Positions 15,684 to 22,546 of a DNA stretch of 29,362 nucleotides are shown here, piece by piece (the stretch's first letter is position 1; every line of letters begins with the position of its first letter). A program made the position numbers and the translations under genes. The notes beneath the pieces are model-generated. The model saw only the letters and a program-made list of their open reading frames with translations. It was not told the DNA's origin and ran no database searches. This DNA comes from a virus, in the IMG/VR virus record IMGVR_UViG_3300042460_000312. One strand, given 5' to 3'.

Positions 15684-15886
15684 TTGTTGATTGGTTTTAG
15701 TATTGTTTCTTCGTTAAAATCTTGTTGACTTAAATAGTCTAAGTAAAGGTTTAAATTAAAACTCCCGCCTTTATCACCTTCAACGCTTTGTTCACGCCAC
15801 CAGTTCATTTTTCTTTTTAGGCTAAAAGTTGTTTGAGTAAATTGGTTTTCCGTGGTCGCAATTTGCGACTTGATTAATTGTTTCAT
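15680..15886 (-). CDS. Hypothetical early protein, 68 aa
   Basis: ORF with an ATG start and ATGA overlaps on both sides. Confidence 0.55.
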   Translation of the reverse strand: MKQLIKSQIATTENQFTQTTFSLKRKMNWWREQSVEGDKGGSFNLNLYLDYLSQQDFNEETILKPINK

Positions 15887-16209
15887 AAGTTATCGTTTTT
15901 TTGTTCGTTATAAAAATCTAATTCCATTTCCAAGTGTTCAACCAACCCCCAATCAACGGGCGATTCTAAAACAACGTCTTCAATAGCCGTTTTAATTGCT
16001 TTCATTTCGTCAAGGCTTGGAAAATACGAATGCTTAATTCCGTTAATCCATTGTTCGGCATAAGTACAATAAATGTCTATTTTACATTCATAGGTTTTCG
16101 GGTCTGCATCGTAAAAATTCCAATCAAATTCCATTATAAATTCAACTCCGTCAATTTCATAACATAAACTTGCGGTGTTTTGGTCAATTTGTAAATCTTC
16201 TAAATTCAT
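15883..16209 (-). CDS. Hypothetical, strongly acidic early protein, 108 aa
   Basis: About 25 Asp/Glu versus 6 Lys/Arg by manual count. ATG start in the early block. Confidence 0.6.
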   Translation of the reverse strand: MNLEDLQIDQNTASLCYEIDGVEFIMEFDWNFYDADPKTYECKIDIYCTYAEQWINGIKHSYFPSLDEMKAIKTAIEDVVLESPVDWGLVEHLEMELDFYNEQKNDNL

Positions 16210-16293
16210 TTTAAAGCGTTTTAAGAGTGGTTAAATAATAAAGTTATATAAATGTATGTCTAAAGTAAAATAATGCGTTAAACGTGCTTAAAA

Positions 16294-16467
16294 TCAATAC
16301 TCGTTAAGTTCAAGTTTGTCAAGTAAAAGCAACATCGTCACTAATTTGGTTTCGTTTCGTTTTGTAGCTGGGTCTTGTTGCCCAAACGCTTTGCAAAGTT
16401 CGTTATAATCGTTTTGCAGTTCGTCTTTGTAATTTAAAATTACTTCAATCATTTCTTGTTGGTTCAT
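16294..16467 (-). CDS. Hypothetical early protein, 57 aa (not in ORF track)
   Basis: Manual translation gives MNQQEMIEVILNYKDELQNDYNELCKAFGQQDPATKRNETKLVTMLLLLDKLELNEY. It is preceded by the conserved AAAAACTAAACCAATG leader. Confidence 0.5.
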   Translation of the reverse strand: MNQQEMIEVILNYKDELQNDYNELCKAFGQQDPATKRNETKLVTMLLLLDKLELNEY

Positions 16468-16471
16468 TGGT

Positions 16472-16633
16472 TTAGTTTTTAAAAATGTTAAACAATATTT
16501 CGATTTCTTTTAAATCTTCTTGCTTAATAAATGTTGCCATCATTTTAATAATGATATGCAGTTGCTGAGTGGTTAACTCATTTGCTTTTTGTTGCTCTTG
16601 TAAAAAGTCAAGCGTTTTGGTAAAGTCTTTCAT
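16472..16633 (-). CDS. Hypothetical early protein, 53 aa (not in ORF track)
   Basis: Manual translation gives MKDFTKTLDFLQEQQKANELTTQQLHIIIKMMATFIKQEDLKEIEILFNIFKN. It lies 9 nt after the upstream stop and 4 nt before the next ATG. Confidence 0.5.
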   Translation of the reverse strand: MKDFTKTLDFLQEQQKANELTTQQLHIIIKMMATFIKQEDLKEIEILFNIFKN

Positions 16634-16642
16634 TTGTTTGGT

Positions 16643-16900
16643 TTAAGATTTAAAATAAAGTTCGCCTAAGCTAAAGTATGTATCTACATTTTGGTTTTCT
16701 ACTATTGTTACCATAGAACCATTTTTTAATCCATCAATATAGTATTGAGCAAATTCGTCATTTGATTTATTTAGTAAATCAATTACGTTGTCTTTTTCAA
16801 CTTTAGTTACGCCATACATTGGTGTATGTGTAAATGCAATTCTAATCATTGGAAATACATTTCCGATAATGTTTTTGTAATGTCCTGCTTGTGGTTTCAT
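16643..16900 (-). CDS. Hypothetical early protein, 85 aa
   Basis: ORF with an ATG start, preceded by the conserved leader TTAAAAATTAACCAATG. Confidence 0.6.
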   Translation of the reverse strand: MKPQAGHYKNIIGNVFPMIRIAFTHTPMYGVTKVEKDNVIDLLNKSNDEFAQYYIDGLKNGSMVTIVENQNVDTYFSLGELYFKS

Positions 16901-16918
16901 TGGTTAATTTTTAAGATT

Positions 16919-16946
16919 AAAAAAATGTGCGTTACCCAAGTCGCAC
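16919..16946 (-). terminator. Rho-independent terminator after the first early gene
   Basis: The minus-strand RNA reads GUGCG-N10-CGCAC followed by A-UUUUUUU, 12 nt after the 75-aa ORF stop. Confidence 0.6.
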
Positions 16947-16957
16947 CCCTTGTTTAA

Positions 16958-17185
16958 TTATTTGCTTATTTCAACCATTGAATTAACAAGTATTGAATGT
17001 AATTTATTTCCAAAAACAAAGCAATTTCTTACGTTGTTTAAATAATCTATTTTTAAAACAAAACCTTGATTGTCGGTTGTCTTAAAAAATTCTACTCCAG
17101 ATATAGAAGCAAAAACTTTTTCAGTATTTATTTCAAGGTTTGTTTGTGCTAAAATAATTGTTTCTGTTAGTTTAAAGTTTTTCAT
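16958..17185 (-). CDS. First early gene, hypothetical 75 aa
   Basis: ORF with an ATG start, bracketed by a consensus promoter (17235..17265) and a terminator (16919..16946). Confidence 0.6.
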   Translation of the reverse strand: MKNFKLTETIILAQTNLEINTEKVFASISGVEFFKTTDNQGFVLKIDYLNNVRNCFVFGNKLHSILVNSMVEISK

Positions 17186-17234
17186 TTGGTTAGTTTTTAA
17201 AATTAATATTAATTGTTTCGTGTTTAATTATACA

Positions 17235-17265
17235 CAAATCTAAATACTATTTTTATAACTGCAAA
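17235..17265 (-). promoter_or_regulatory. Early promoter, exact Bacteroidota consensus TTTG-N19-TAnnTTTG
   Basis: The minus strand reads TTTG (17265..17262), a 19-nt spacer, then TAGATTTG (17242..17235), about 50 nt upstream of ATG 17185. Confidence 0.65.
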
Positions 17266-17324
17266 CATTTTAACAATTATTTTTAATAAATCAACAAATT
17301 TAGAATCATTCTAAATAAGGAACG

Positions 17325-17424
17325 AGGGTAATTTATGCCCTTATGTATAGAAACAAAGGTAATTTATGCTTGATATAAGGGTAAAACCTTACAAAATTTG
17401 TGACGAAATAAGGGTAAAACCTTA
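17325..17424. repeat. Array of four GGTAA-core repeats (2 x RGGTAATTTATGC, 2 x ATAAGGGTAAAACCTTA)
   Basis: A copies at 17325..17338 and 17356..17369 share 13 of 14 positions. B copies at 17375..17391 and 17408..17424 are identical 17-mers, each containing the palindrome TAAGG-N6-CCTTA. The last copy overlaps the stop codon of the 344-aa gene. Confidence 0.85.
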
Positions 17425-18456
17425 AAATATATGCGTAAGCCGTGCGACTTGTCCAAATTCTTTGTGATGTATAAAGCCTTCAACCGCTTTAGGAACGCCC
17501 GTAAATCCTTTTTTATAGTGCCAGCTATCCGTCCCCGACGGACTGCGTAACGTTTCAAACGTGCAACCAATAAAATCTTTACTTGTTTTGTGGTGTACGT
17601 GGTGCGAATAAATATACCGATGTTTTGTTTTGCTCCATTCAATCGGAAATTCCGAAGCTAATAACAAAGGCAAGTTTTCGGCTTTCGCTCCGTCTCCGTG
17701 AGTCGTTCCGATTAGATTATTTCCGTAAACAAATGCTTTGCGGTGTTTCAAGTCTACGTTAAAACGAATACTTGATTTGTGAAAATGCGCTTCTATTAAT
17801 TGCATTAAAAAAAACCCGTGCGTTAAATCGTGGTTACTCGGATTGTAAACAACCTCAACTTCAGCAAAAGTTAACAATTGTTCTAATAAATCAATATAAA
17901 GGTTTTTCGCCATTATAAAGTTTTCGAACCAAAAGCCGTCGGTATCTTGTGGTGTTCCGTTGGTCGTTGTTCGTTTCGTGTTGTCGGTGTGTAGAATATC
18001 GTTTCCAGCAACAAATAAAACTTTGTCAATCTTAAACCCTTGCGATTTGTTTATAATGCCTTGTAATCCGTCTTTTGCTCTTTTGACTGCTATTTGACAA
18101 TTATAATCTTCGCCAACTTCAAAAGCACTTGCTAATTTTCCAATATGTAAGTCTGCGATGTCTATAACTAATAAATGAGAATCGTTGGTTTTTTCAAACT
18201 TTATTTTTTCGTATTTTGGAGCGTGTGTTTTTACCGCTTCAATACATTCACTTTTTATTAATTTAAATCCTTGTTCGTCTTCGGTTTTAAAGTTTGGGTT
18301 TTTAAAGAATAAAGAAGCGTTGTCGTTTTTAAGCCATCCGTGTTTTACGTCTTCGTCGTTAATACCGATTTTGTCGGAGGCTTTTTTAATCGCTCGGTAT
18401 TTGTGTAAAATTTCCGCTTCGCCTGGCGTCAATCTCGGTCTATATTTACTAATCAA
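17422..18456 (-). CDS. Calcineurin-like metallophosphoesterase (Mre11/SbcD or phosphatase class), 344 aa
   Basis: Ordered motifs DIADLHIG (D-x-H), GNDILH, PSNHD (N-H-D), GTTHGDG and SHHVHH (H-x-H). There is no in-frame ATG upstream of motif I; TTG at 18456 overlaps the upstream stop (TTGA). Confidence 0.7.
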   Translation of the reverse strand: MISKYRPRLTPGEAEILHKYRAIKKASDKIGINDEDVKHGWLKNDNASLFFKNPNFKTEDEQGFKLIKSECIEAVKTHAPKYEKIKFEKTNDSHLLVIDIADLHIGKLASAFEVGEDYNCQIAVKRAKDGLQGIINKSQGFKIDKVLFVAGNDILHTDNTKRTTTNGTPQDTDGFWFENFIMAKNLYIDLLEQLLTFAEVEVVYNPSNHDLTHGFFLMQLIEAHFHKSSIRFNVDLKHRKAFVYGNNLIGTTHGDGAKAENLPLLLASEFPIEWSKTKHRYIYSHHVHHKTSKDFIGCTFETLRSPSGTDSWHYKKGFTGVPKAVEGFIHHKEFGQVARLTHIF

Positions 18457-18917
18457 ATTATACGTCTAAATTTATCAATTATTCGCAAAACAAAAAATGT
18501 TCCGAAACCCGCTAAAAAACCCCAAAAGAATAAACTCCAATTTGTTCGTCTTTTTGTTTGTTGTACTTCTTTGCGTTTTTCTTTTGAATCCTTATAAATA
18601 TACTTATACTTTAATACGTCTTGTTTTACTATTTGCGTCTTGTAACGATATTCGATTTTAGTTTGCCATTTCGTTTTTGGAAGATATACATTTCTAAAAA
18701 ACACCACCGAATCACGGAATCTAATAATTTTTTCGTATCGAATCGTATCATTTATATAGTAAGCAACCGAATCAATAGTTGCTATTCTTATTGTGTCGCT
18801 ATCTTGTACCAATTTTAAGCCGTGTTTAAGCGCCTTTTTATAGTGATATTGTGCCTTGCGTTCACTTGAGCAACTAAACAACGTTATAACGCTTAAAAAG
18901 ACTATGAGCCTTTTCAT
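18453..18917 (-). CDS. Unimolecular-spanin-like lipoprotein, 154 aa
   Basis: N-terminal signal with lipobox MKRLIVFLSVITLFSC, plus a C-terminal TM helix WSLFFWGFLAGFGTFFVLRII. ATGA overlap with the lysin gene. Confidence 0.5.
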   Translation of the reverse strand: MKRLIVFLSVITLFSCSSERKAQYHYKKALKHGLKLVQDSDTIRIATIDSVAYYINDTIRYEKIIRFRDSVVFFRNVYLPKTKWQTKIEYRYKTQIVKQDVLKYKYIYKDSKEKRKEVQQTKRRTNWSLFFWGFLAGFGTFFVLRIIDKFRRII

Positions 18918-19498
18918 AGTTCAATAAGTGTATAGGTGAATTTATTTCCGAATACTGCTTTAGCCTTGTTAATGATTTTCATAAACTCAACAAAATTTGC
19001 GTTGTACCTAAATACTTGACAACCTTCGGAAAAGTAATCAACATATGACGGGTCTTTATAAATACTTGATCGGTGAATATTGATTCCAAACATACCCGAA
19101 TCAATTACTTTTTCGTCTTGAATTTTGTCTTTGTTGTTGTCTCTATAAACCGAAACATTTCCCAACCTTTGGCAAAGCGCTTCATATTTTCCGTTGTGCA
19201 TACTTACTGCGTAAACGCCTCTATATTGATTTGGAACTAAACGAGCAACGCCCCGTGAATTTCTTAAAATTTCCGTCGGTTTTTTACCTGCGTCGGTTGT
19301 TATCGTCCATTCGTGAAATTGCCAAACTCCGTTTATTTTATAAGACAAAGTTAAAGTGTCGTCAAATTCGTTAGTTACTTTTTTACCGCTTTTTAAATTT
19401 CTTACGCCAACAATATTAACGTCGTAATCTTTTGCGCTATCGAACCAAACGTAACCTTTGCTTTTTACCGCTTTTTCTATTTGTTCCCTTGTGTACAT
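18914..19498 (-). CDS. Putative endolysin with an L,D-transpeptidase (YkuD)-like His/Cys signature
   Basis: GINIHRSS-x-SEGCQVF fits H-x(14-17)-[ST]-x-G-C. It lies between the holin and the spanin-like gene. Confidence 0.5.
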   Translation of the reverse strand: MYTREQIEKAVKSKGYVWFDSAKDYDVNIVGVRNLKSGKKVTNEFDDTLTLSYKINGVWQFHEWTITTDAGKKPTEILRNSRGVARLVPNQYRGVYAVSMHNGKYEALCQRLGNVSVYRDNNKDKIQDEKVIDSGMFGINIHRSSIYKDPSYVDYFSEGCQVFRYNANFVEFMKIINKAKAVFGNKFTYTLIEL

Positions 19499-19574
19499 AA
19501 TTAGATTTTAGAATAAATCATTGCTTTTATCTTTTCCCTTTGTAGAAAATTCAAATAATCAAAAAATTTCTTTA

Positions 19575-20036
19575 TCATTTTATTTCGTTTAAATCGCCTT
19601 TAATTTCTTTAGCTCTTGCAAAAAGGTTTTTAAGTGCTTGCCATATATCCACCCCTTTAACGGCTTTTATGTTCTCATTAATGGAAATGCACTCGATACT
19701 TACCAACACTAAAGAAAGTATTTTTGTCAACATTAATGGTATACTAAAAAAAACTAAAATGATATCATTAAGAATAAAATAGTCTATTAAGTAAAATCCA
19801 ATTACTGCAACTTCGTATAAAAAGAACTTTGAAACAATAGCCGAAAGTTTTCTTGATGTAATCGGTATTCCCAATTTCTTTGACTTCCAAATTCCCGTTA
19901 AAGTGTCTAATAAAATTGCAAACCCAATTAAGAATAGTATTCCAGAAATAGGTAAAAAAAACGCTCCAATAATTGCCAATAATTTTGGCGATGCTATCCG
20001 AATATTTGCAAGTAAAAGTAGTAGTTGTAATTTCAT
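19575..20036 (-). CDS. Holin (phage_holin_4 / LL-H-like), 153 aa from ATG 20036
   Basis: Multiple TM helices. The core FAILLDTLTGIWKSKKLGIPITSRKLSAIVSKF resembles the D-x-x-TG...S-x-K holin family motif. The track start 20144 is a GTG extension. Confidence 0.6.
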   Translation of the reverse strand: MKLQLLLLLANIRIASPKLLAIIGAFFLPISGILFLIGFAILLDTLTGIWKSKKLGIPITSRKLSAIVSKFFLYEVAVIGFYLIDYFILNDIILVFFSIPLMLTKILSLVLVSIECISINENIKAVKGVDIWQALKNLFARAKEIKGDLNEIK

Positions 20037-20194
20037 TTTTTCAAGTAATATTGTTGAACTAATTCGTGCGTTAAAAAAACGAATAAAGCAACCCCGCCAA
20101 ATTTTAAAAACAAAACGTCTTCGCAAAACATAGCAAGGGAACACAAATAAGCAAACGCAAAAAACAATAAAGACAAGGCTCGTAAATGTTCCAT
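20033..20194 (-). CDS. Hypothetical 53-aa two-TM peptide upstream of the holin (not in ORF track)
   Basis: Manual translation gives MEHLRALSLLFFAFAYLCSLAMFCEDVLFLKFGGVALFVFLTHELVQQYYLKK. Its stop overlaps the holin ATG (ATGA at 20033..20036). Confidence 0.45.
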   Translation of the reverse strand: MEHLRALSLLFFAFAYLCSLAMFCEDVLFLKFGGVALFVFLTHELVQQYYLKK

Positions 20195-20276
20195 AGTTAT
20201 TTTTTTTCTTTGTTTAGTTTCGTTAAGTAAACGAGTAACTTTTTAATATTTGTTTCTTTTGGTTTGTGCTTCTTTT

Positions 20277-20777
20277 TCATATATACCAACCCGTAAAATT
20301 GTTTTGTGTGCTTGGGAACATATCCGCATTACTATTATTGCTATATTCGGGAAACAAAGAATTGTTAAAATTAATATAAGTAATAAAACGCTCCGTGTAA
20401 TTTTGTGCTATCATTCGTTCTTTTTCAACTAAGAAATCCACTTCGTTTTTATCTACGCTTGTTGCGTTTTCGCTCGTATGTTTAAACACCCCTTTATTAG
20501 CGATTGTGTAAGCCGAAAAAGGCAAATACTCAACCATTGCCCAATGTATAAGCATAGGCTTTACATAAGTCGTTAATAAAGATAAATAAGGGTTTACAAG
20601 CGTATTGTTTATTATATCCGTTTTAATCTTTTCAAGTAAATTCGTACCCAAGTAATTTTGTATATGAATATCTTGAGCGACTTTAATCCATTGAATAAAA
20701 GAATCCGTATCGATGTTTCCGTTAAGTGCGGTAAACTTAACTATGTCGTTTCGTGAAATCAGTAATGCTTCTGCCAT
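20277..20777 (-). CDS. Putative head-tail adaptor (gp6/gp15-like), 166 aa
   Basis: It lies immediately downstream of the portal gene and is helical. The call rests on position and size only. Confidence 0.3.
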   Translation of the reverse strand: MAEALLISRNDIVKFTALNGNIDTDSFIQWIKVAQDIHIQNYLGTNLLEKIKTDIINNTLVNPYLSLLTTYVKPMLIHWAMVEYLPFSAYTIANKGVFKHTSENATSVDKNEVDFLVEKERMIAQNYTERFITYINFNNSLFPEYSNNSNADMFPSTQNNFTGWYI

Positions 20778-20779
20778 TG

Positions 20780-22546
20780 TTATTTATTTTTCGGTAAAAA
20801 ACCTCGTGTTGGTGTGTCTATTGGTCTTGTTGCAACTAAACTTGGGTTTTTAATTACGTACCCAAACTTTTCGGCTTTTGCTCCCGCTATCCTTTTTGCT
20901 TTTGGCGAATTAACATCTATTCCAGAACCCGAAAAATTAACGTAAACTTGTTTGTTCCAACGATGGTAGCAGTTTGCCCCGCCTTTATGCAACCAAATAG
21001 AATAAGTATTTGTACCTCGTGGTCCTAAACCTTCGTTTACAACTTGTGAACCCATTCTAATAATGTCTTCTTTTCTATATATTTTATTTGCTGAAATCAT
21101 TTTTTTACAAAATTCCCGCCCGTTTGCTTTTAGTTCACCCGCATAAACATAACGTGTAATAAATTGGAATCCGTCAATATTTTCGTCTTGTTCACTATTT
21201 GAGTTTGGGAACGCCGAACCCGTAGAAACTAAATTAACAACTTTGCTTAAAAAACTTTGCTTATGTTCTTTGCTTAGTAATTGGTTTTCGTCGTCGTCGT
21301 TATCGTAATCAACTGCGTTTTCGTCTATTAATAACCATTCGGGGTTTACGTCTTCGCCTAAGTCAATCAAGGCTTGAGCAAGTGCGTCATCTTTTGGGTC
21401 TGCGCTTAATTCCGTACCCGTTTCTTCGGCTATTTGTTCTTCGGTTTGTGCGTTTTCTAAGTCCGTAAATTCTAAAGGTTGTAAAGTTTTAAAGAATAGT
21501 TTTAAATGTATTCCGTTAAAATGTAAAATGGTATCAAACGCATCAAGTAGTTCTTCTTGAAAAGGTCGTATAACCATATTATCAAATAAGATTGCACTAT
21601 TTTTTAATTCGTCTGCGTTTGAACTAAACCCGTTTGTTGATGCAACCCCGAATAATAAAGGACTTGTAACGTTGTGACCCAACATTATTTTACGCAAACA
21701 TTCTTCGCTTAAATAAGTGTAGTGTTCTGGTGCGTCGTTTAATGGAATATCGTCAATTGTTGTTTTTGATTCGGCATTATCATTAAATGCAACAATTACT
21801 TTTTGTCCACGTGAACCCGTTAATTTGTTTAAAACCTTTTGGCTAATAATAGATTGTTGTTCTTCGCTCGGAACTCCATTATTAAAGTTTACGACTTTAG
21901 TTCCCGAAAATCCGTTTAAAACTTCGTTGGTAAGGTAATCGGCTATAGATTCCTCAAGATACGCATACGCAACCGCCCCTTGATAGTCGGGAAAAGAATA
22001 ATATTTCATTCCAACCGAATAAGGCTTAGAATAAAGTATTTCAACATTATCGTTTGAGAATCCAAAAGCCGAATATCTAAGCGGTGGAAATTGTCTTGTA
22101 TCGTTCCAATTGTCCGAATAATAGTAACCTGCTATTTCGCCTTCTTTATTGCACTTTTCCGCTCGTAAAAGATTAACGGGTATATGGTAAGCCTTTAAAA
22201 TCTTTTTTCTATCTTTTGAATAATGTATTTGTATAGCAAATTGCCCCAACATCTTACGATCAATAATCATTTTACGCACATCGTCCCTTGAAAACAAAGT
22301 CATCATTTGTGCGTACTCGTTTACCTTTTTAGAAGCGTCTAACGCACCTAAACCACGCCCGTAAACTAATCTGCAAATATTGTTTATTATTGCGTTATTC
22401 GTCGTTGAATTTGTGTATCTATTGATTAAGAAATCAAAGTATTGTTCGCCATTTTCCGTTAAGAAATCAACCCAATTTTCTCGGTTTGTTTCTTCGACAA
22501 TTGGTGTCGTGTAACTTGATAAATTTAAGACGTGGTAATTATTCAT
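20780..22546 (-). CDS. Portal protein with a C-terminal MuF/SPP1-gp7-like Cys/His domain
   Basis: 588 aa. The N-terminal ~430 aa show portal-like blocks (NAIINNICRLVYGRGL; FPDYQGAVAYAYLEESIADYLTNEVLNGF; GHNVTSPLLFGV). An acidic linker follows, then GREFCKKM...GGANCYHRW. Confidence 0.7.
   Translation of the reverse strand: MNNYHVLNLSSYTTPIVEETNRENWVDFLTENGEQYFDFLINRYTNSTTNNAIINNICRLVYGRGLGALDASKKVNEYAQMMTLFSRDDVRKMIIDRKMLGQFAIQIHYSKDRKKILKAYHIPVNLLRAEKCNKEGEIAGYYYSDNWNDTRQFPPLRYSAFGFSNDNVEILYSKPYSVGMKYYSFPDYQGAVAYAYLEESIADYLTNEVLNGFSGTKVVNFNNGVPSEEQQSIISQKVLNKLTGSRGQKVIVAFNDNAESKTTIDDIPLNDAPEHYTYLSEECLRKIMLGHNVTSPLLFGVASTNGFSSNADELKNSAILFDNMVIRPFQEELLDAFDTILHFNGIHLKLFFKTLQPLEFTDLENAQTEEQIAEETGTELSADPKDDALAQALIDLGEDVNPEWLLIDENAVDYDNDDDENQLLSKEHKQSFLSKVVNLVSTGSAFPNSNSEQDENIDGFQFITRYVYAGELKANGREFCKKMISANKIYRKEDIIRMGSQVVNEGLGPRGTNTYSIWLHKGGANCYHRWNKQVYVNFSGSGIDVNSPKAKRIAGAKAEKFGYVIKNPSLVATRPIDTPTRGFLPKNK

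Noticed and set aside
17319-17323. GGAAC (ECF sigma -35-like) in the repeat region as the phage sigma-factor promoter
   Set aside because: It is on the plus strand and points away from every gene. A single pentamer match is not meaningful in this context.
17364-17642. 92-aa minus-strand ORF overlapping the 3' end of the metallophosphoesterase gene
   Set aside because: It is out of frame inside a gene with ordered catalytic motifs. Its tail merely reads through the intergenic repeats, giving a duplicated KVLPL, and no motif supports it.
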